In this document: piece by piece, positions 19,291 to 30,473 of the stretch
Layout: every line of letters starts with the position of its first letter
Numbering within the stretch: position 1 is the stretch's first letter
Source of the DNA: Patescibacteria group bacterium
GTDB taxonomy: Bacteria; Patescibacteriota; Microgenomatia; UBA8517
Length of the DNA stretch: 64,000 nt
Assembly (NCBI GenBank): GCA_041742135.1
Contig: JBGSJG010000001.1
Coordinates: 131,151 to 195,150, forward strand
Reading direction: 5' to 3'
Made by a program: the position numbers and the translations under genes
The notes under the pieces: model-generated
What the model was told of the DNA's origin: nothing
The model's input: the letters and a program-made list of their open reading frames with translations, nothing else
The model's database searches: none

Positions 19291-19968
19291 ATGATAAAAA
19301 TATCAACAGTTCTACCTTTCAGGTACCGACTAGATATACATTTAGTAAAAGCTCGGGGAACTTCTCGTGAACTTCAAAATTTAGTCCCTAGCATCCGAGA
19401 AATTCTCGCAACACGCTCAGGTAACAAAATTTCTAGATTTTTTAGGCACATTTTTGAGCACAAACATGCAAGGCGCATCTTAGGTTCAAACATTGCCCTA
19501 GCCATAATTGCAACCTCATTTATCCCTGGACAAGGAGCGGCTTTTACCGCTGAAGCCGAAGAAACTCTGGTTGGTGCAGACCAGGTGGTTATAGCAACAC
19601 AAGGCGCCGTTCAATTCCCGACTGAAACAATCAAGATTAATCAAAAATTTTCCTTTTATCACCCTGGGCTCGACTTTGACGGCATAACAGGAGACCCTAT
19701 CCGACCAATAATGGCTGGGGAGGTACAGATGATTCAGTATTCGAGCATCGCATACGGTAACGCGGTGTTAATTCGCCACGGAGACAATTTCTCTTCACTT
19801 TACGCTCATTTGTCTAAAATTGAGGTAGTAGAAGGCCAGAAGGTTGACCTTGGTACAATTATTGGCAAAATGGGCTCAACCGGGAGAAGCACTGGGGATC
19901 ATTTGCATTTAGAAGTTCGTGAAAACGGTAGACCAATCAATCCGCTTATCATGCTTCCGAAGATTTAA
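19291..19968 (+). CDS. M23-family (LytM-like) metallopeptidase, membrane-anchored
   Basis: M23 signatures YHPGLDFDG…, MAGEV…, and GSTGRSTGDHLHLEVRENGRPINP (HxH). Hydrophobic anchor near the N-terminus. Confidence 0.8.
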   Translation: MIKISTVLPFRYRLDIHLVKARGTSRELQNLVPSIREILATRSGNKISRFFRHIFEHKHARRILGSNIALAIIATSFIPGQGAAFTAEAEETLVGADQVVIATQGAVQFPTETIKINQKFSFYHPGLDFDGITGDPIRPIMAGEVQMIQYSSIAYGNAVLIRHGDNFSSLYAHLSKIEVVEGQKVDLGTIIGKMGSTGRSTGDHLHLEVRENGRPINPLIMLPKI

Positions 19969-20618
19969 TTTGCTCCTACAATAACCACAATATCGTATTC
20001 ACTGGAAGCCGCAAGCGCACTACCAATTTCGACTGAATAATCACCATCCTCCAGAGCCTTTTTAACTTTGGCAACTACAGCCGCAGAAATACCGGACTTA
20101 GATTGGATAACTGTGTTTTCGTAATCGTATTTACCTGCATTGCCAGTTTTGGTAACGGTAAAACCTGCCTCTTGAAGGACTTCCTCGCCACCACTTGCCG
20201 CTCCAATTGCGCCGCTACCGTTTAATACTTGGACTGAAAGAGTAGATACGTCAATCTCTGGCTCTGGGGTAGCAGAAGGCGTTACAGTTGCCTGTGGAGT
20301 AGCTGTAGCTTCGCTCTGGCCGACTTGCTCATCTGAGGGCGTTGAAATGCCAGACAAATAAACATACACTCCCCCTGAAACCACCGCTGCAACCAAAGCA
20401 CTCACAAGTGTAATAACCACAATCAACTTCAAGTTCATTCGTTTTTCGTTAACTTGTTTAACTTTCGCTGGCTCAGAAGCCACTGTTTCTACTGTTTCTG
20501 TTGCCTCTACCTGAGGCGTTACTTGTGGTTCTTCTGTTGTTTCTACAACTTTTTCAACCGGAGTATCAACTATTTCTTCTATTACAGGTTTGATTCTTTT
20601 CTTGCTTGAATCGGGCAT
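19965..20618 (-). CDS. LytR_C-domain (LytR/CpsA/Psr C-terminal) membrane-anchored protein
   Basis: Acidic N-terminus, one TM, a Thr/Pro-rich linker, then a C-terminal …VQVLNGSGAIGAASGGEEVLQEAGFTV… domain typical of LytR_C. Confidence 0.55.
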   Translation of the reverse strand: MPDSSKKRIKPVIEEIVDTPVEKVVETTEEPQVTPQVEATETVETVASEPAKVKQVNEKRMNLKLIVVITLVSALVAAVVSGGVYVYLSGISTPSDEQVGQSEATATPQATVTPSATPEPEIDVSTLSVQVLNGSGAIGAASGGEEVLQEAGFTVTKTGNAGKYDYENTVIQSKSGISAAVVAKVKKALEDGDYSVEIGSALAASSEYDIVVIVGAN

Positions 20619-20659
20619 AGGTTAATTCTACCTAAAAAAGGGAGGTGGTTTCAAGTGGC

Positions 20660-22288
20660 TTAATAATCCATTCCGCCCATACCTGGAGCCGGTGTTTCTT
20701 TTTTCTCCTCGGGAATGTCTGCCACTAAAGCTTCGGTGGTTAGGACCATAGAGGCCACGGAGGCCGCGTGTTGTAAAGCCGAGCGAGTCACTTTCAAAGG
20801 ATCTAAAAGTCCATCTTTGGTCATAGATCCGAACTTGCCGGTCAAAACATTGTAGCCATAATCGCGGTCATCCTTTTCCTCAATTTTGCGAAGTATGTAG
20901 CCATCGTCTTCACCTGCATTTTTAACCAAGCTTCTTAGGGGCTGTTCCAATGCATCGTAAACAATGTCAATTCCTACTTGCTCGTCTTTGCCTTCTGCGG
21001 TAATGGTTTTAAGTACTTTTCGAGCAATAAGAAGGGCCACTCCGCCACAGGGAACAATTCCTTCTTCGATCGCAGCTTTTGTAGCACCAACAGCGTCTTT
21101 AACTCGCTCTTTTTTCTCATTAAGCTCGGTCTCAGTTGCTGCACCGACATTAATGACAGCGACTCCCCCTACGAGCTTCGCAAGTCTTTCTTCCAGTTTC
21201 TCGCGGTCAAATTCTGACTCTGTCTCGTCTATCTGGCGACGAATCAAAGCAATTCTCTTTTTAAGCTCATTTGCATTCCCTTTGCCGCCAATGATTCTCG
21301 CATTGTCTTTGTCTGCCCAGATTTTATCTGCGCGGCCCAAATCGGTTACTTCAATATTTTCAAATGTGCGCCCGGTATCTTCTGAAATTACTTGGCCACC
21401 TGTTAAAACTGCTATGTCTGCAAGCATGTCTTTCCTGCGATCCCCAAAGCCTGGAGCCTTAATGGCTAATACGTTAAAGCTGCCACGCATTTTATTGACA
21501 ACCAGTGTTGCGAGGGCTTCGCCTTCCACGTCGTCTGCAATAATTACCAAGTTTTTGCTGATCTTTACGAACTTTTCCAAAAATGGCAAAAGTTCTTGGA
21601 TCGATGCAATCTTTTTGTCAGTCAAAAGAATGTAGGGCTGATCGATTTCGGCCTCCATTTTTTCAGGATTAGTCACAAAATATGCTGAAGCGTAACCGTG
21701 ATCAAACTCCATGCCTTCGGTGTAAACTATTTCAATTTCAAGACCTCTTCCTTCTTCAACGGTAACAACACCATCGCGACCCACTTTTTCCAAAGCCTCG
21801 GCAATTTTTCTACCGATCTCTTCGCTTCCTGCCGAAACAATAGCAACCTGAGCAATTTCTTCCTGATCTTTATCTCGAATTGGCTTTGCAAGTTTTTTAA
21901 GTTCAGAGACAACCGCTTCAACAGCACGGTCAATACCTTTTTTAACAATCATCGGGTTAGCCCCAGCGGTTATGTTTTTCATTCCTGACTGGCTCATGTG
22001 AGCAGCCAAAAGGGTAGAAGTTGTCGTACCATCCCCTGCTACATCGTTAGTTTTACTCGATGCTTCTTTGACAAGCTGGGCTCCCATATTTTCAAAAGGG
22101 TCTGGAAGATCAATTTCTTTAGCAACCGTAACTCCATCATGAACAACTGTTGGGGCTCCCCATTTTTTATCCAAGGCAACATTTCGACCTTTTGGCCCGA
22201 GGGTCGTTACCACTGCACGGCTTACGGCATTAATGCCTGCAAGCAGAGCCTGTCTTGCTTCGTCTCCGTATTTTATTTGTTTTGCCAT
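20660..22288 (-). CDS. groL: Chaperonin GroEL
   Basis: [19 protein letters not shown]…, [11 protein letters not shown], and a C-terminal GMGGMDY tail. Confidence 0.95.
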   Translation of the reverse strand: MAKQIKYGDEARQALLAGINAVSRAVVTTLGPKGRNVALDKKWGAPTVVHDGVTVAKEIDLPDPFENMGAQLVKEASSKTNDVAGDGTTTSTLLAAHMSQSGMKNITAGANPMIVKKGIDRAVEAVVSELKKLAKPIRDKDQEEIAQVAIVSAGSEEIGRKIAEALEKVGRDGVVTVEEGRGLEIEIVYTEGMEFDHGYASAYFVTNPEKMEAEIDQPYILLTDKKIASIQELLPFLEKFVKISKNLVIIADDVEGEALATLVVNKMRGSFNVLAIKAPGFGDRRKDMLADIAVLTGGQVISEDTGRTFENIEVTDLGRADKIWADKDNARIIGGKGNANELKKRIALIRRQIDETESEFDREKLEERLAKLVGGVAVINVGAATETELNEKKERVKDAVGATKAAIEEGIVPCGGVALLIARKVLKTITAEGKDEQVGIDIVYDALEQPLRSLVKNAGEDDGYILRKIEEKDDRDYGYNVLTGKFGSMTKDGLLDPLKVTRSALQHAASVASMVLTTEALVADIPEEKKETPAPGMGGMDY

Positions 22289-22290
22289 AA

Positions 22291-22605
22291 TTATTTCTCA
22301 ATCGCCAATATATCGTCAAATTTTGCGAATAAATATTCTTTCCCGTCAATTTTAACTTCACTTCCACCCCATTTTTTATAAATCACGACATCACCAATTT
22401 TTACTGGTGCTTTTCTAACTTTTCCATTTTCTAAAATTTCATCATCGCCAACGGCCAACACTTTTCCTTTTTGAGGCTTTTCTGAATTAGCACTATCTGG
22501 CAAGTAAATTCCAGAGGTTGTTTTGGTTTCAAGCTCAGCTGGTTCAATCAATAAGTAGCCCGCGGTTGGGTGAAGATTTATTTTTTTTGAAGTCTTTGCA
22601 CTCAT
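22291..22605 (-). CDS. groS: Co-chaperonin GroES
   Basis: …[12 protein letters not shown]…[11 protein letters not shown]…[10 protein letters not shown]…[11 protein letters not shown]…. The start is trimmed to MSAKTSKK at 22605, because the longer track ORF would add a non-GroES 19-aa extension. Confidence 0.85.
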   Translation of the reverse strand: MSAKTSKKINLHPTAGYLLIEPAELETKTTSGIYLPDSANSEKPQKGKVLAVGDDEILENGKVRKAPVKIGDVVIYKKWGGSEVKIDGKEYLFAKFDDILAIEK

Positions 22606-22670
22606 GTTTGTCAGTAACTTACTACGAGTGCTATTGTAAGAATAGCCGGCCACCTTTGTCAAGTGGCATC

Positions 22671-23537
22671 TTATGCTTCGACCACGCCGCGCTTTGCCAA
22701 CTCTTTAACAATTTTCTGGCTCCAGTCATGTGGGTGAAAAAAAGCCCTTGACGGCATAACCACTTCGTGGGTAATTTTCCTAGCCATATAAATTCTCTGG
22801 CACAAATAAGCTAACTTCTCAATAAAATATTTAGCTAAATTAAACTTAAGATTGTCGTCCTTAAGACTCGAGCTTGGGTCCGTGACTGCACTCGGCCAAT
22901 AATCCGTAACCCACGGGTTTCTTGCCAAGAGCTTCTTGTGGGTATTTTGCCTATCGATTACAGGAACTATCTGAGCTAGCTCATGGGCGGTGTAAGCATT
23001 TTTGTTATCAATCGCGAGGTCGCACTCGTCCATCCAAATGTTTAAGCAGAGCCTATCTTTTTGAAGTTTGCTTCTTGGCTTGCGAGTTGCGATTTTTTGT
23101 CTTCTTAGGGCCATAAGTGTTTTTAACCGTGTAATCCAAAGAGTGTTGTGTTTAGTAATTATCAAAAGATCGATATCAGAAGATTCGCTTGCAGCATTCA
23201 TAGCCAAAGACCCAGTAATTCCAACGAACAATATGCTGGGTGATTGTTCCAACACCTCCTTTGCACGCGCCAAAAGAATCATCTTTTTTCGCGAAGACTG
23301 CTCTTGGTCTAATCGCTTCGCCACCAAGCCTTCGTGGCCTTTTGCGACAAAATAATCCCCAACCACTGCCACGCGTGGCCGAGCAGAAACAAGTTTTTGA
23401 GCCTTGCCAGCTTCCCAGCGGAGTAGCTCTACTTTGTTTAACGGCCAACCAAAAAGATCGTGATAAATAAGGGCAATTGAAAACTCTGAAGAAAGTAAAT
23501 TATTTTGCAGGAACTGGCGCTGCCCGTTGTAAGCCAT
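22671..23537 (-). CDS. Nucleotidyltransferase-domain protein (Pol-beta superfamily)
   Basis: GITGSLAMNAASESSDIDLLIIT is a GS…D.D nucleotidyltransferase motif. The remainder is unassigned. Confidence 0.5.
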   Translation of the reverse strand: MAYNGQRQFLQNNLLSSEFSIALIYHDLFGWPLNKVELLRWEAGKAQKLVSARPRVAVVGDYFVAKGHEGLVAKRLDQEQSSRKKMILLARAKEVLEQSPSILFVGITGSLAMNAASESSDIDLLIITKHNTLWITRLKTLMALRRQKIATRKPRSKLQKDRLCLNIWMDECDLAIDNKNAYTAHELAQIVPVIDRQNTHKKLLARNPWVTDYWPSAVTDPSSSLKDDNLKFNLAKYFIEKLAYLCQRIYMARKITHEVVMPSRAFFHPHDWSQKIVKELAKRGVVEA

Positions 23538-25005
23538 ATCTTGCCAAAACCTGATTCACACCAGCGGCCAGTGTCACAAGTGAATTGCCCCCGCTTCTCT
23601 CAGGATCAATTTCTGCCAAGGCGTCCGCGTAGTACTGTGACAGTGAAGTGTTAATTCCGCTCACTCCATCAAATGTTCGCGAATGCAAAAAACCTGACTT
23701 GGCAGTGGGTGCAAGCCTCATAAAACCACCAAGCACAGGGTGTGCCAACAACAACTCGCGCATATCTACCCTTGGGTACGGCTCTCCAAAAGGACGGGCT
23801 GGATTTTTGGTGGCGTTTTCATAAAGCTTTGCGAGTGATTCTTTTTCAGACAAGAACTTCAAAAACTTCCAAGCTTCTGTTGACCCAGCACTCTTATCAG
23901 AAACCGCTTCTGCCCAGTACGACGCGTATGTAAAATCTGGCGTGTCTGAATCTCCTTGTGGAATTTGAGGAACAGCTTCAACCCTAAATCGCAGTGACGG
24001 GTTTCGTTCCATAATTTCAAGGGCACGCCACGACGGACCAAAATAAATACCGACTCGCCCTGCAGCAAACGCTACAGTTGATTCCGGCTGAGTATCGTCC
24101 CAAATTCCATCTGTCTCTGCAAACTGTTTATAAAAACTTAATGCTTCTGCGCCCCTGTGATTTGCATCTTCCGGCGTGTTAGGGTTGCCAAGGTTCTGAA
24201 GCATCAAAAGTGCAACTATTTCTGGCCAGTGGTCAACATTTGCAGTGGTTCCAAGTGAAGCTCCTGACTGAGTAATTACTCCTCGCTCATCCTTGATAGT
24301 CAATGCACGAGCAGTCTGGCGCAGCTCGTTCCATTCTGTTGGAACCGTCTTTCCATAAGTCGTAAAAATGTCTTCATTAATAAACATAGCCAAACCGTCG
24401 TACATCAGAGGAATTGCATAAGGGCCTTCTGGCCCCAATAAATCAGCTGAAGCAACTGGGTAAAAAGTGTTACTAAATTCTTCAGAACTCATAACCGAAG
24501 CCGGTGCTGTTGAAAGCTCTCCTTTGAACATTGGCACCCAACTGCTGTGGATGCGAAACAAATCTGGACCTTCTCCGCGAGCCAAAGCACTCATGAGCCT
24601 TTCACGATAATCTTGTTTATCGTTTTTTACATATTCAATAGTAATACCGGGATTATTTGTTTGGTATTCGTCAATTAAAGGTTGAACTAATGTCGCATCC
24701 TCCCACAAGCCCCACCACACCAGGTTATTTTTTGAGCCTCCTGAACCTCCAAGGCTCGGAAGAACAAACTTCACAACTGCAAAAACCACCAAAGCTAAAG
24801 CCAGAATTCCCATTAATATAAACAGTATCTTTTTAGGAAACTTACGAGGAGATGGTGTCACGGGAGGCAATCCGCCAGAGGGAGTTGAAGTAGTTTCAAT
24901 TGGCGGCACAGGAGTCTGGCCCGCAACTGGAGGAAGGCTTACTGGAATCTCGCCTTCTTGAGGCATTGATGCTGGCGAAGGGGTGGTTGGGTTGATTGGA
25001 TCCAT
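23500..25005 (-). CDS. Extracellular solute-binding protein (ABC-transporter SBP family-1-like), membrane-anchored with a Pro-rich N-terminal stalk
   Basis: N-terminal Pro/Thr-rich region plus a TM. The SBP-like fold region begins …NNLVWWGLWEDATLVQPLIDEYQTNNPGITIEYVK…. Confidence 0.6.
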   Translation of the reverse strand: MDPINPTTPSPASMPQEGEIPVSLPPVAGQTPVPPIETTSTPSGGLPPVTPSPRKFPKKILFILMGILALALVVFAVVKFVLPSLGGSGGSKNNLVWWGLWEDATLVQPLIDEYQTNNPGITIEYVKNDKQDYRERLMSALARGEGPDLFRIHSSWVPMFKGELSTAPASVMSSEEFSNTFYPVASADLLGPEGPYAIPLMYDGLAMFINEDIFTTYGKTVPTEWNELRQTARALTIKDERGVITQSGASLGTTANVDHWPEIVALLMLQNLGNPNTPEDANHRGAEALSFYKQFAETDGIWDDTQPESTVAFAAGRVGIYFGPSWRALEIMERNPSLRFRVEAVPQIPQGDSDTPDFTYASYWAEAVSDKSAGSTEAWKFLKFLSEKESLAKLYENATKNPARPFGEPYPRVDMRELLLAHPVLGGFMRLAPTAKSGFLHSRTFDGVSGINTSLSQYYADALAEIDPERSGGNSLVTLAAGVNQVLARYGLQRAAPVPAK

Positions 25006-25038
25006 AAACTAATATACATAAATGTTATCATACAAAGT

Positions 25039-26787
25039 ATGCTTAAAAAAGTTCATTTCAAACTCAGCGCTTTGCGCCTTGTAATAATTGTGTCTCTGGC
25101 AGCTTTTTGTTTTTCTGCAGCACTGTCTGTTGCACTAGTTATATATTTTCAAGACAGATTCATGCCAAACACTTTTGTTGGCGAAATTCAAGTAGGGGCT
25201 TTAAAACGAAGCGAGGCAATCTATGAAATAACAAAATCCAATTTACCTCAAGAATTTTCACTTATTATTCGGGCTAAAGAAACACAGTCCCACAGTATTC
25301 CGCTTGAGGATTTGGGGATTCAAATAGATATTGATTCGACCGTCCAAACGGTCTTGACTAGCCAGTCAAAAAATTTTGGTCACAACATTTTTCGACAAAA
25401 ATATTACGACTGGTTGCTCAATATTAATCACACAATACTGGAAGCGAAACTTGGCGAAATTGCCCTAGCTGTTTCAGATTCACCAGAAGATCCTTCGCTG
25501 GTCTTCAATAATGGTATAACAGTATCTGCCGGAAAAGCAGGTTATTTGATCGATCACAAGAAATTAGCCCAAGAAGTGATCGCTTCGGTGTCCCAAAACC
25601 GCTTTAGTTTAACCAGTGTGGTTGAGTCGGTTGACCCAACACTCAGCCAAAGCCAGACGATAAGTTTTAGAAGCCGCGGTGAGAAAATATATCCCAAAAC
25701 ATTAACGCTCAAAGCTCAGTCGCAAGAGTTTGGTTACTCCGGCCAAGAGCTTCTCAACATTCTTTCTTTTAATGATGAGTACCGGTTGGACTTTTTAGCA
25801 CCCAGTTTGGAAGACTTAAAAACTGCTCTAAATTCACCACCGAAAAACCCGGTGTTTGAATTTGTTGATTCCGAGCATGGTAAAGGTAGAGTTGAAGAAT
25901 TCGAACCTGCACAAGACGGTTTGGAATTAAACGTAGACGAGTTGAAAGACAAAATCACAAAGGGCTTAAGAGAACTTGAGAATACCGAAGTAGACGAAGT
26001 AATTGTTGAAATTCCTTTTACACGCACTCCTCCTGAGTTTCAGACATCCGATGTCAATAATCTTGGAATTCGCGAGCTTATAGGCACTGGCGTTTCAAAC
26101 TTTAGGGGTTCTATTTCTTCGCGTATTCACAATATTAACCTAGCCGCTTCTCGCTTAAACGGCGTACTTATTGCTCCAGGCGCAACTTTCTCTTTTACGA
26201 ATACATTAGGTGATATTTCAGCCCTTACAGGTTATAAACAAGCCTATGTTATCCAAGGCAACCAGACTGTGCTTGGAGACGGTGGCGGTGTCTGCCAGGT
26301 CTCAACAACTTTTTTTAGAGCAGCGCTCGCCGCAGGGCTTCCCATTGTTGAGAGACACGCGCACTCGTACCGAGTTGGCTACTACGAGCAAGGCTCTCCT
26401 CCCGGCATCGATGCTACAATTTATTACCCAAGTGTTGATATAAAAATAAGAAACGACACGCCGGGGCATATTCTGGTGCAGACCATAGTGGATGCTAAAA
26501 CTGCAACTCTAAAGTTTGATTTATATGGCACAAGTGATGGCCGCGTTGCGACTATTAGTAAACCCGTGGTTACACAAGTCGTTGCACCTCCCGAAGATTT
26601 ATATATGGATGACCCTACGCTGCCAACTGGCCAAGTCAATCAAATTGATTACAAAGCTTGGGGGGCAAAAGTTTCATTTGACTACACTGTAGTACGAAAT
26701 GGGGAAACAATTTTTGAAGATTCTTTTTATAGTAACTACCGCCCATGGCAAGCGAAGTTTTTAAGAGGAACAGGCCCTGCACAATAA
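25039..26787 (+). CDS. VanW-family protein (N-terminal TM, C-terminal VanW domain)
   Basis: GDGGGVCQVSTTFFRAALAAGLPIVERHAHSYRVGYYE is the VanW hallmark. Confidence 0.8.
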   Translation: MLKKVHFKLSALRLVIIVSLAAFCFSAALSVALVIYFQDRFMPNTFVGEIQVGALKRSEAIYEITKSNLPQEFSLIIRAKETQSHSIPLEDLGIQIDIDSTVQTVLTSQSKNFGHNIFRQKYYDWLLNINHTILEAKLGEIALAVSDSPEDPSLVFNNGITVSAGKAGYLIDHKKLAQEVIASVSQNRFSLTSVVESVDPTLSQSQTISFRSRGEKIYPKTLTLKAQSQEFGYSGQELLNILSFNDEYRLDFLAPSLEDLKTALNSPPKNPVFEFVDSEHGKGRVEEFEPAQDGLELNVDELKDKITKGLRELENTEVDEVIVEIPFTRTPPEFQTSDVNNLGIRELIGTGVSNFRGSISSRIHNINLAASRLNGVLIAPGATFSFTNTLGDISALTGYKQAYVIQGNQTVLGDGGGVCQVSTTFFRAALAAGLPIVERHAHSYRVGYYEQGSPPGIDATIYYPSVDIKIRNDTPGHILVQTIVDAKTATLKFDLYGTSDGRVATISKPVVTQVVAPPEDLYMDDPTLPTGQVNQIDYKAWGAKVSFDYTVVRNGETIFEDSFYSNYRPWQAKFLRGTGPAQ

Positions 26788-26789
26788 AA

Positions 26790-27785
26790 ATGATAATCCT
26801 AGGAATTGAGACCAGTTGCGATGAGACTGCAGCGGCGATTGTCAAAGACGGAAAATTCGCCGTTTCTTCGGCCGTAAATACGTCAATATTTGAACATGTG
26901 AAAACTGGAGGTATCATCCCAGAGATTGCGGCGCGAAAGCAAATTGAGTACATGATCCCCGTCGTCGAACATGTTCTAAAAGATGCGAGCCTTACTCCAG
27001 AAAATTTGGATGCTATTGCTGTGACTTATGGGCCCGGGCTTATCGGCTCGTTACTTGTTGGGGTCGAGACAGCAAAGACTTTGTCTTTGGTTTGGAATAA
27101 ACCCATTGTTCCGGTAAACCACTTAATCGGTCATGTTTATGCAAATTGGATTGACAACCCAAATCCGCCGGAGTTTCCCGCCGTGTGTTTTGTTGTTTCC
27201 GGAGGCCACACTGATTTAGTTTTAATGAAAGACCATGGCCAAGTCAACCGACTTGGAGGAACACGCGATGATGCCGCAGGCGAAGCATTTGATAAAACTG
27301 CACGCATTTTAGGCCTTGGCTACCCCGGCGGACCGGCAATTGCTGAAGCAGCCAAAGACGTCCATCCTCCGTTTAATTTATTCCCCCGCCCCATGATTGA
27401 CTCGGGCGACTTAGATACTAGCTTTTCTGGCTTAAAAACCGCGGTTGATAATTACATCAAGAAAAATCCGGATTTTGACAAAAACTTAATAGCTGCTGAA
27501 ATCCAAGAGGCAATCGTAGACACGCTTGTGGCCAAGTCCCTCGCCGCAGTCACACTTTATGAACCAAAAAGTTTTATCCTCGCCGGTGGCGTATCTGCAA
27601 ATCTGCGGCTTCGAGAAAAAATTGCTAACTCACTTTCAGCTCTAACCAAAGTTTTTATTCCAGAACCCAAGTACACAACAGATAACGCAACAATGATTGC
27701 TACAGCCGCTTTTTACAACTTTAATCCAATCCCCTGGCAGGACATTGCCGCCAATCCTTCACTGACTATCGAGGAAAAATTCTAG
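26790..27785 (+). CDS. tsaD: tRNA N6-adenosine threonylcarbamoyltransferase TsaD (Kae1/Gcp)
   Basis: MIILGIETSCDETAAAIV…, HLIGHVYAN, and GGVSAN motifs. The start is set to the ATG at 26790, just after the VanW stop. Confidence 0.9.
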   Translation: MIILGIETSCDETAAAIVKDGKFAVSSAVNTSIFEHVKTGGIIPEIAARKQIEYMIPVVEHVLKDASLTPENLDAIAVTYGPGLIGSLLVGVETAKTLSLVWNKPIVPVNHLIGHVYANWIDNPNPPEFPAVCFVVSGGHTDLVLMKDHGQVNRLGGTRDDAAGEAFDKTARILGLGYPGGPAIAEAAKDVHPPFNLFPRPMIDSGDLDTSFSGLKTAVDNYIKKNPDFDKNLIAAEIQEAIVDTLVAKSLAAVTLYEPKSFILAGGVSANLRLREKIANSLSALTKVFIPEPKYTTDNATMIATAAFYNFNPIPWQDIAANPSLTIEEKF

Positions 27786-27817
27786 TAATCAAGCGTGGGC
27801 AATGATATGATACGCTC

Positions 27818-29881
27818 ATGGACAAATCATTTGATCACAAGAAATATGAAGAGAAAATCTATGCCATGTGGGAGAAATCTAACGCTTTCACTCCAAAAGC
27901 AGACAAAGCTAAAAAGCCTTTTACCATCATCATGCCCCCACCAAACGCAAACGACCCTTTGCATATTGGCCACGCCAGATTTGTAACAATCGAAGACACG
28001 CTTGTTCGCTACCACAGACTTCTGGGCGAATCTGCGCTTTGGCTACCCGGAACAGATCATGCCGGAATCGAAACTCAATATGTCTTTGAGAAAAAACTAA
28101 AAGAAAAAGGCAAAAGCCGTTTTGATTACGATCGGGAGACTTTGTACAAAATGATTTGGGATTATGTCGAAGAAAATTCAGACACGAGCATTAAACAAAT
28201 GAAGGCGCTCGGAGCCTCTGCCGACTGGACCCGCTTAAAATTCACACTTGATCCAGATATCGTAAAAATTGTTTACAAGACATTTAAAAGGCTTTACGAC
28301 GACGGCTTGGTTTACCGTGGAGAGCGAATTGTGAACTATTGCACGCGCTGTGGAACTAGTTTTTCGGAGCTTGAAGTAAACCACATCGAACGAGATGATA
28401 ATCTTTATTATTTAAATTACGGCGCAATCACCATCGCCACAACTAGACCCGAGACAATTTTTGCCGACACAGCAGTGGCAGTTAATCCCAAAGACGAGCG
28501 ATACAAAAATTTAGTTGGCAAATTCGCCACCATTCCTTTGGTAGGACGAAAAATCCCGATAATTGCCGACACATTAGTTGATATGGAGTTTGGAACTGGT
28601 GCGCTCAAGGTTACTCCCGGTCACGATCCTCTGGACTTTGAAATTGGCCAAAAACACAAGCTTCCGATTATATCTGTAATCGGCGAAGACGGCAGGCTTC
28701 ACAGTACCCCAGAAAAGTACGCAGGCCTTTATGTAAATCAAGCACGCGAAGCGGTAGTTGCCGATCTAGAGGCCAAAAAGCTTGTTAAACAAACCAAGAC
28801 TATACATCACGTTGTTGGCGTTTGCTATCGTGACAAAGGTGTTATTGAGCCTTTGATAAGTAAACAATGGTATATAAAAGTTGCTTCTTTGGCCAAGACT
28901 TCTTTGGTTGCCATTAAATCTAAAAAAGTGAATATTGTTACGAAAAAGTACGAAAAAATTGCAACCCACTGGCTTAAAAATTTGAAAGATTGGAATGTAA
29001 GCAGACAGATTGTTTGGGGGATTCAAATTCCGGCCTATCGATGCGACAAGTGTATGGCGTGGACAATTACAGATGGCGCCGCGCCTGAAAAATGTAAAGA
29101 GTGCGGGGGTACTAAACTAATCCAAGATTCAGATACTTTTGACACTTGGTTTTCCAGTGGCCAATGGCCTTTCGCCACACTTAAATCTATTTCTGAGAAA
29201 GATTTTGACTATTTTTACCCAACTTCGGTGATGAACACAGCCTACGATATTTTGCCCTTTTGGGTAATTAGAATGATTATGCTGGGACTTTATTCAACCA
29301 AAAATGTTCCGTTTATCGACGTTTTGTTTCATGGTTTAGTTAGAGACAAAAACGGGGTAAAAATCAGCAAGTCCAAAGGCAACGTAATAAACCCCATCGA
29401 AATGGCAGACAAATATGGATCCGATGCTTTAAGGATGAGCCTTATCTGGGGAGCGCTTGTTGAAAACGATATTGCCCTTTCGGAGGAAAACATAAAGGGC
29501 CAGAGAAATTTTGCAAACAAGCTTTGGAATATTGCGCGCTTTGTAGAGCCCGAGGGAAACATTTCTAAGCCTAAAACCACAGACAAAGACGATAAATGGA
29601 TTATTTCCGAGTTTGTAAAATCGCACAAAAAAATAACCAAGTATCTTGATACTTATCGTCTAAGTGAAGCCGCAAGTGAACTCTATGATTTTATCTGGAA
29701 AAAATTCGCCGCTATTTATATCGAGAAGTCCAAAAAAAGAAAAGATATGGCTCAACCTACCCTAAATTACATACTGGCAAGAACTCTAGTGGTTGCGCAC
29801 CCATTCATGCCATTTGTGACAGAGGCCATTTGGCAACAAAATCACATGGAAGGATTGCTTATAACTCAAAGCTGGGATTAG
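27818..29881 (+). CDS. valS: Valyl-tRNA synthetase, short form lacking the C-terminal coiled-coil
   Basis: PPPNANDPLHIGHA (HIGH) and KISKSKGNV (KMSKS), with a ValRS-like editing/CP1 region. Confidence 0.8.
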   Translation: MDKSFDHKKYEEKIYAMWEKSNAFTPKADKAKKPFTIIMPPPNANDPLHIGHARFVTIEDTLVRYHRLLGESALWLPGTDHAGIETQYVFEKKLKEKGKSRFDYDRETLYKMIWDYVEENSDTSIKQMKALGASADWTRLKFTLDPDIVKIVYKTFKRLYDDGLVYRGERIVNYCTRCGTSFSELEVNHIERDDNLYYLNYGAITIATTRPETIFADTAVAVNPKDERYKNLVGKFATIPLVGRKIPIIADTLVDMEFGTGALKVTPGHDPLDFEIGQKHKLPIISVIGEDGRLHSTPEKYAGLYVNQAREAVVADLEAKKLVKQTKTIHHVVGVCYRDKGVIEPLISKQWYIKVASLAKTSLVAIKSKKVNIVTKKYEKIATHWLKNLKDWNVSRQIVWGIQIPAYRCDKCMAWTITDGAAPEKCKECGGTKLIQDSDTFDTWFSSGQWPFATLKSISEKDFDYFYPTSVMNTAYDILPFWVIRMIMLGLYSTKNVPFIDVLFHGLVRDKNGVKISKSKGNVINPIEMADKYGSDALRMSLIWGALVENDIALSEENIKGQRNFANKLWNIARFVEPEGNISKPKTTDKDDKWIISEFVKSHKKITKYLDTYRLSEAASELYDFIWKKFAAIYIEKSKKRKDMAQPTLNYILARTLVVAHPFMPFVTEAIWQQNHMEGLLITQSWD

Positions 29882-30453
29882 CTTTGTACTTCTGGAGCCA
29901 CAAACTTAATACCTGTTACAATTTCTTCAACCAATTCACTTGACTCATCAATTTTCACTTCAAGGTAATTGTTCCCGGTCAGAGGAAACAAATAGTGGGT
30001 CACAGGGCCATCTTCAAGCTTAAAGCCAGTTCGTGAATCGACGGTATAAAAAGATTGAACAAGACCTGTTTGGGTTGCGGTCGCACTCAATGGGCCAACA
30101 GACTGCTTTACAGTAAATGCCGCTTTCTTGTCTCCCGGTAAAACCAACTCTCCTGTTTCGCTAGTGAAATTTAGATTGTTGGGGTACTTGAAACTAAAGC
30201 CGTTTGGGTTTTTATATTCGGTCCAAACTGCCTCCCCACTTGTGGCATCAGCTTCTGTGGTTTCAGGTCTATTTCTTGTAACGACTAATGCGGCTACCAA
30301 GGCCACAATCAACACCAACGAAACGATGCCAAAAATCAAAGGTTGCTTACTTTTGGGCTTTACTACAACAGGTTCAACTGGACCCACAGAAGGGGCAACG
30401 GGTTCTGCGACGTCTTGAGCTTGAAATACTTCCCCACTTGCACTGGTCTCCAT
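29878..30453 (-). CDS. Hypothetical membrane-anchored extracytoplasmic protein
   Basis: Pro-rich N-terminus, one TM helix, and a beta-rich C-terminal domain. No motif recognised. Confidence 0.4.
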   Translation of the reverse strand: METSASGEVFQAQDVAEPVAPSVGPVEPVVVKPKSKQPLIFGIVSLVLIVALVAALVVTRNRPETTEADATSGEAVWTEYKNPNGFSFKYPNNLNFTSETGELVLPGDKKAAFTVKQSVGPLSATATQTGLVQSFYTVDSRTGFKLEDGPVTHYLFPLTGNNYLEVKIDESSELVEEIVTGIKFVAPEVQS

Positions 30454-30473
30454 GGTTGGGGTTAATATAACAT

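Noticed and set aside
20964-21988. Several 70-220-aa ORFs antisense to groEL (20964..21635, 20978..21217, 21698..21988, 21727..21948)
   Set aside because: They are Ser/Ala/Phe-rich antisense artefacts of the highly conserved groEL coding sequence.
22606-22670. CIRCE element upstream of groES
   Set aside because: Only one good half-site (TAGCACTC) is present. The partner GAGTGCAAA is about 22 nt away inside the start codon region, not at the canonical 9-nt spacing. It is reported as atypical rather than called.
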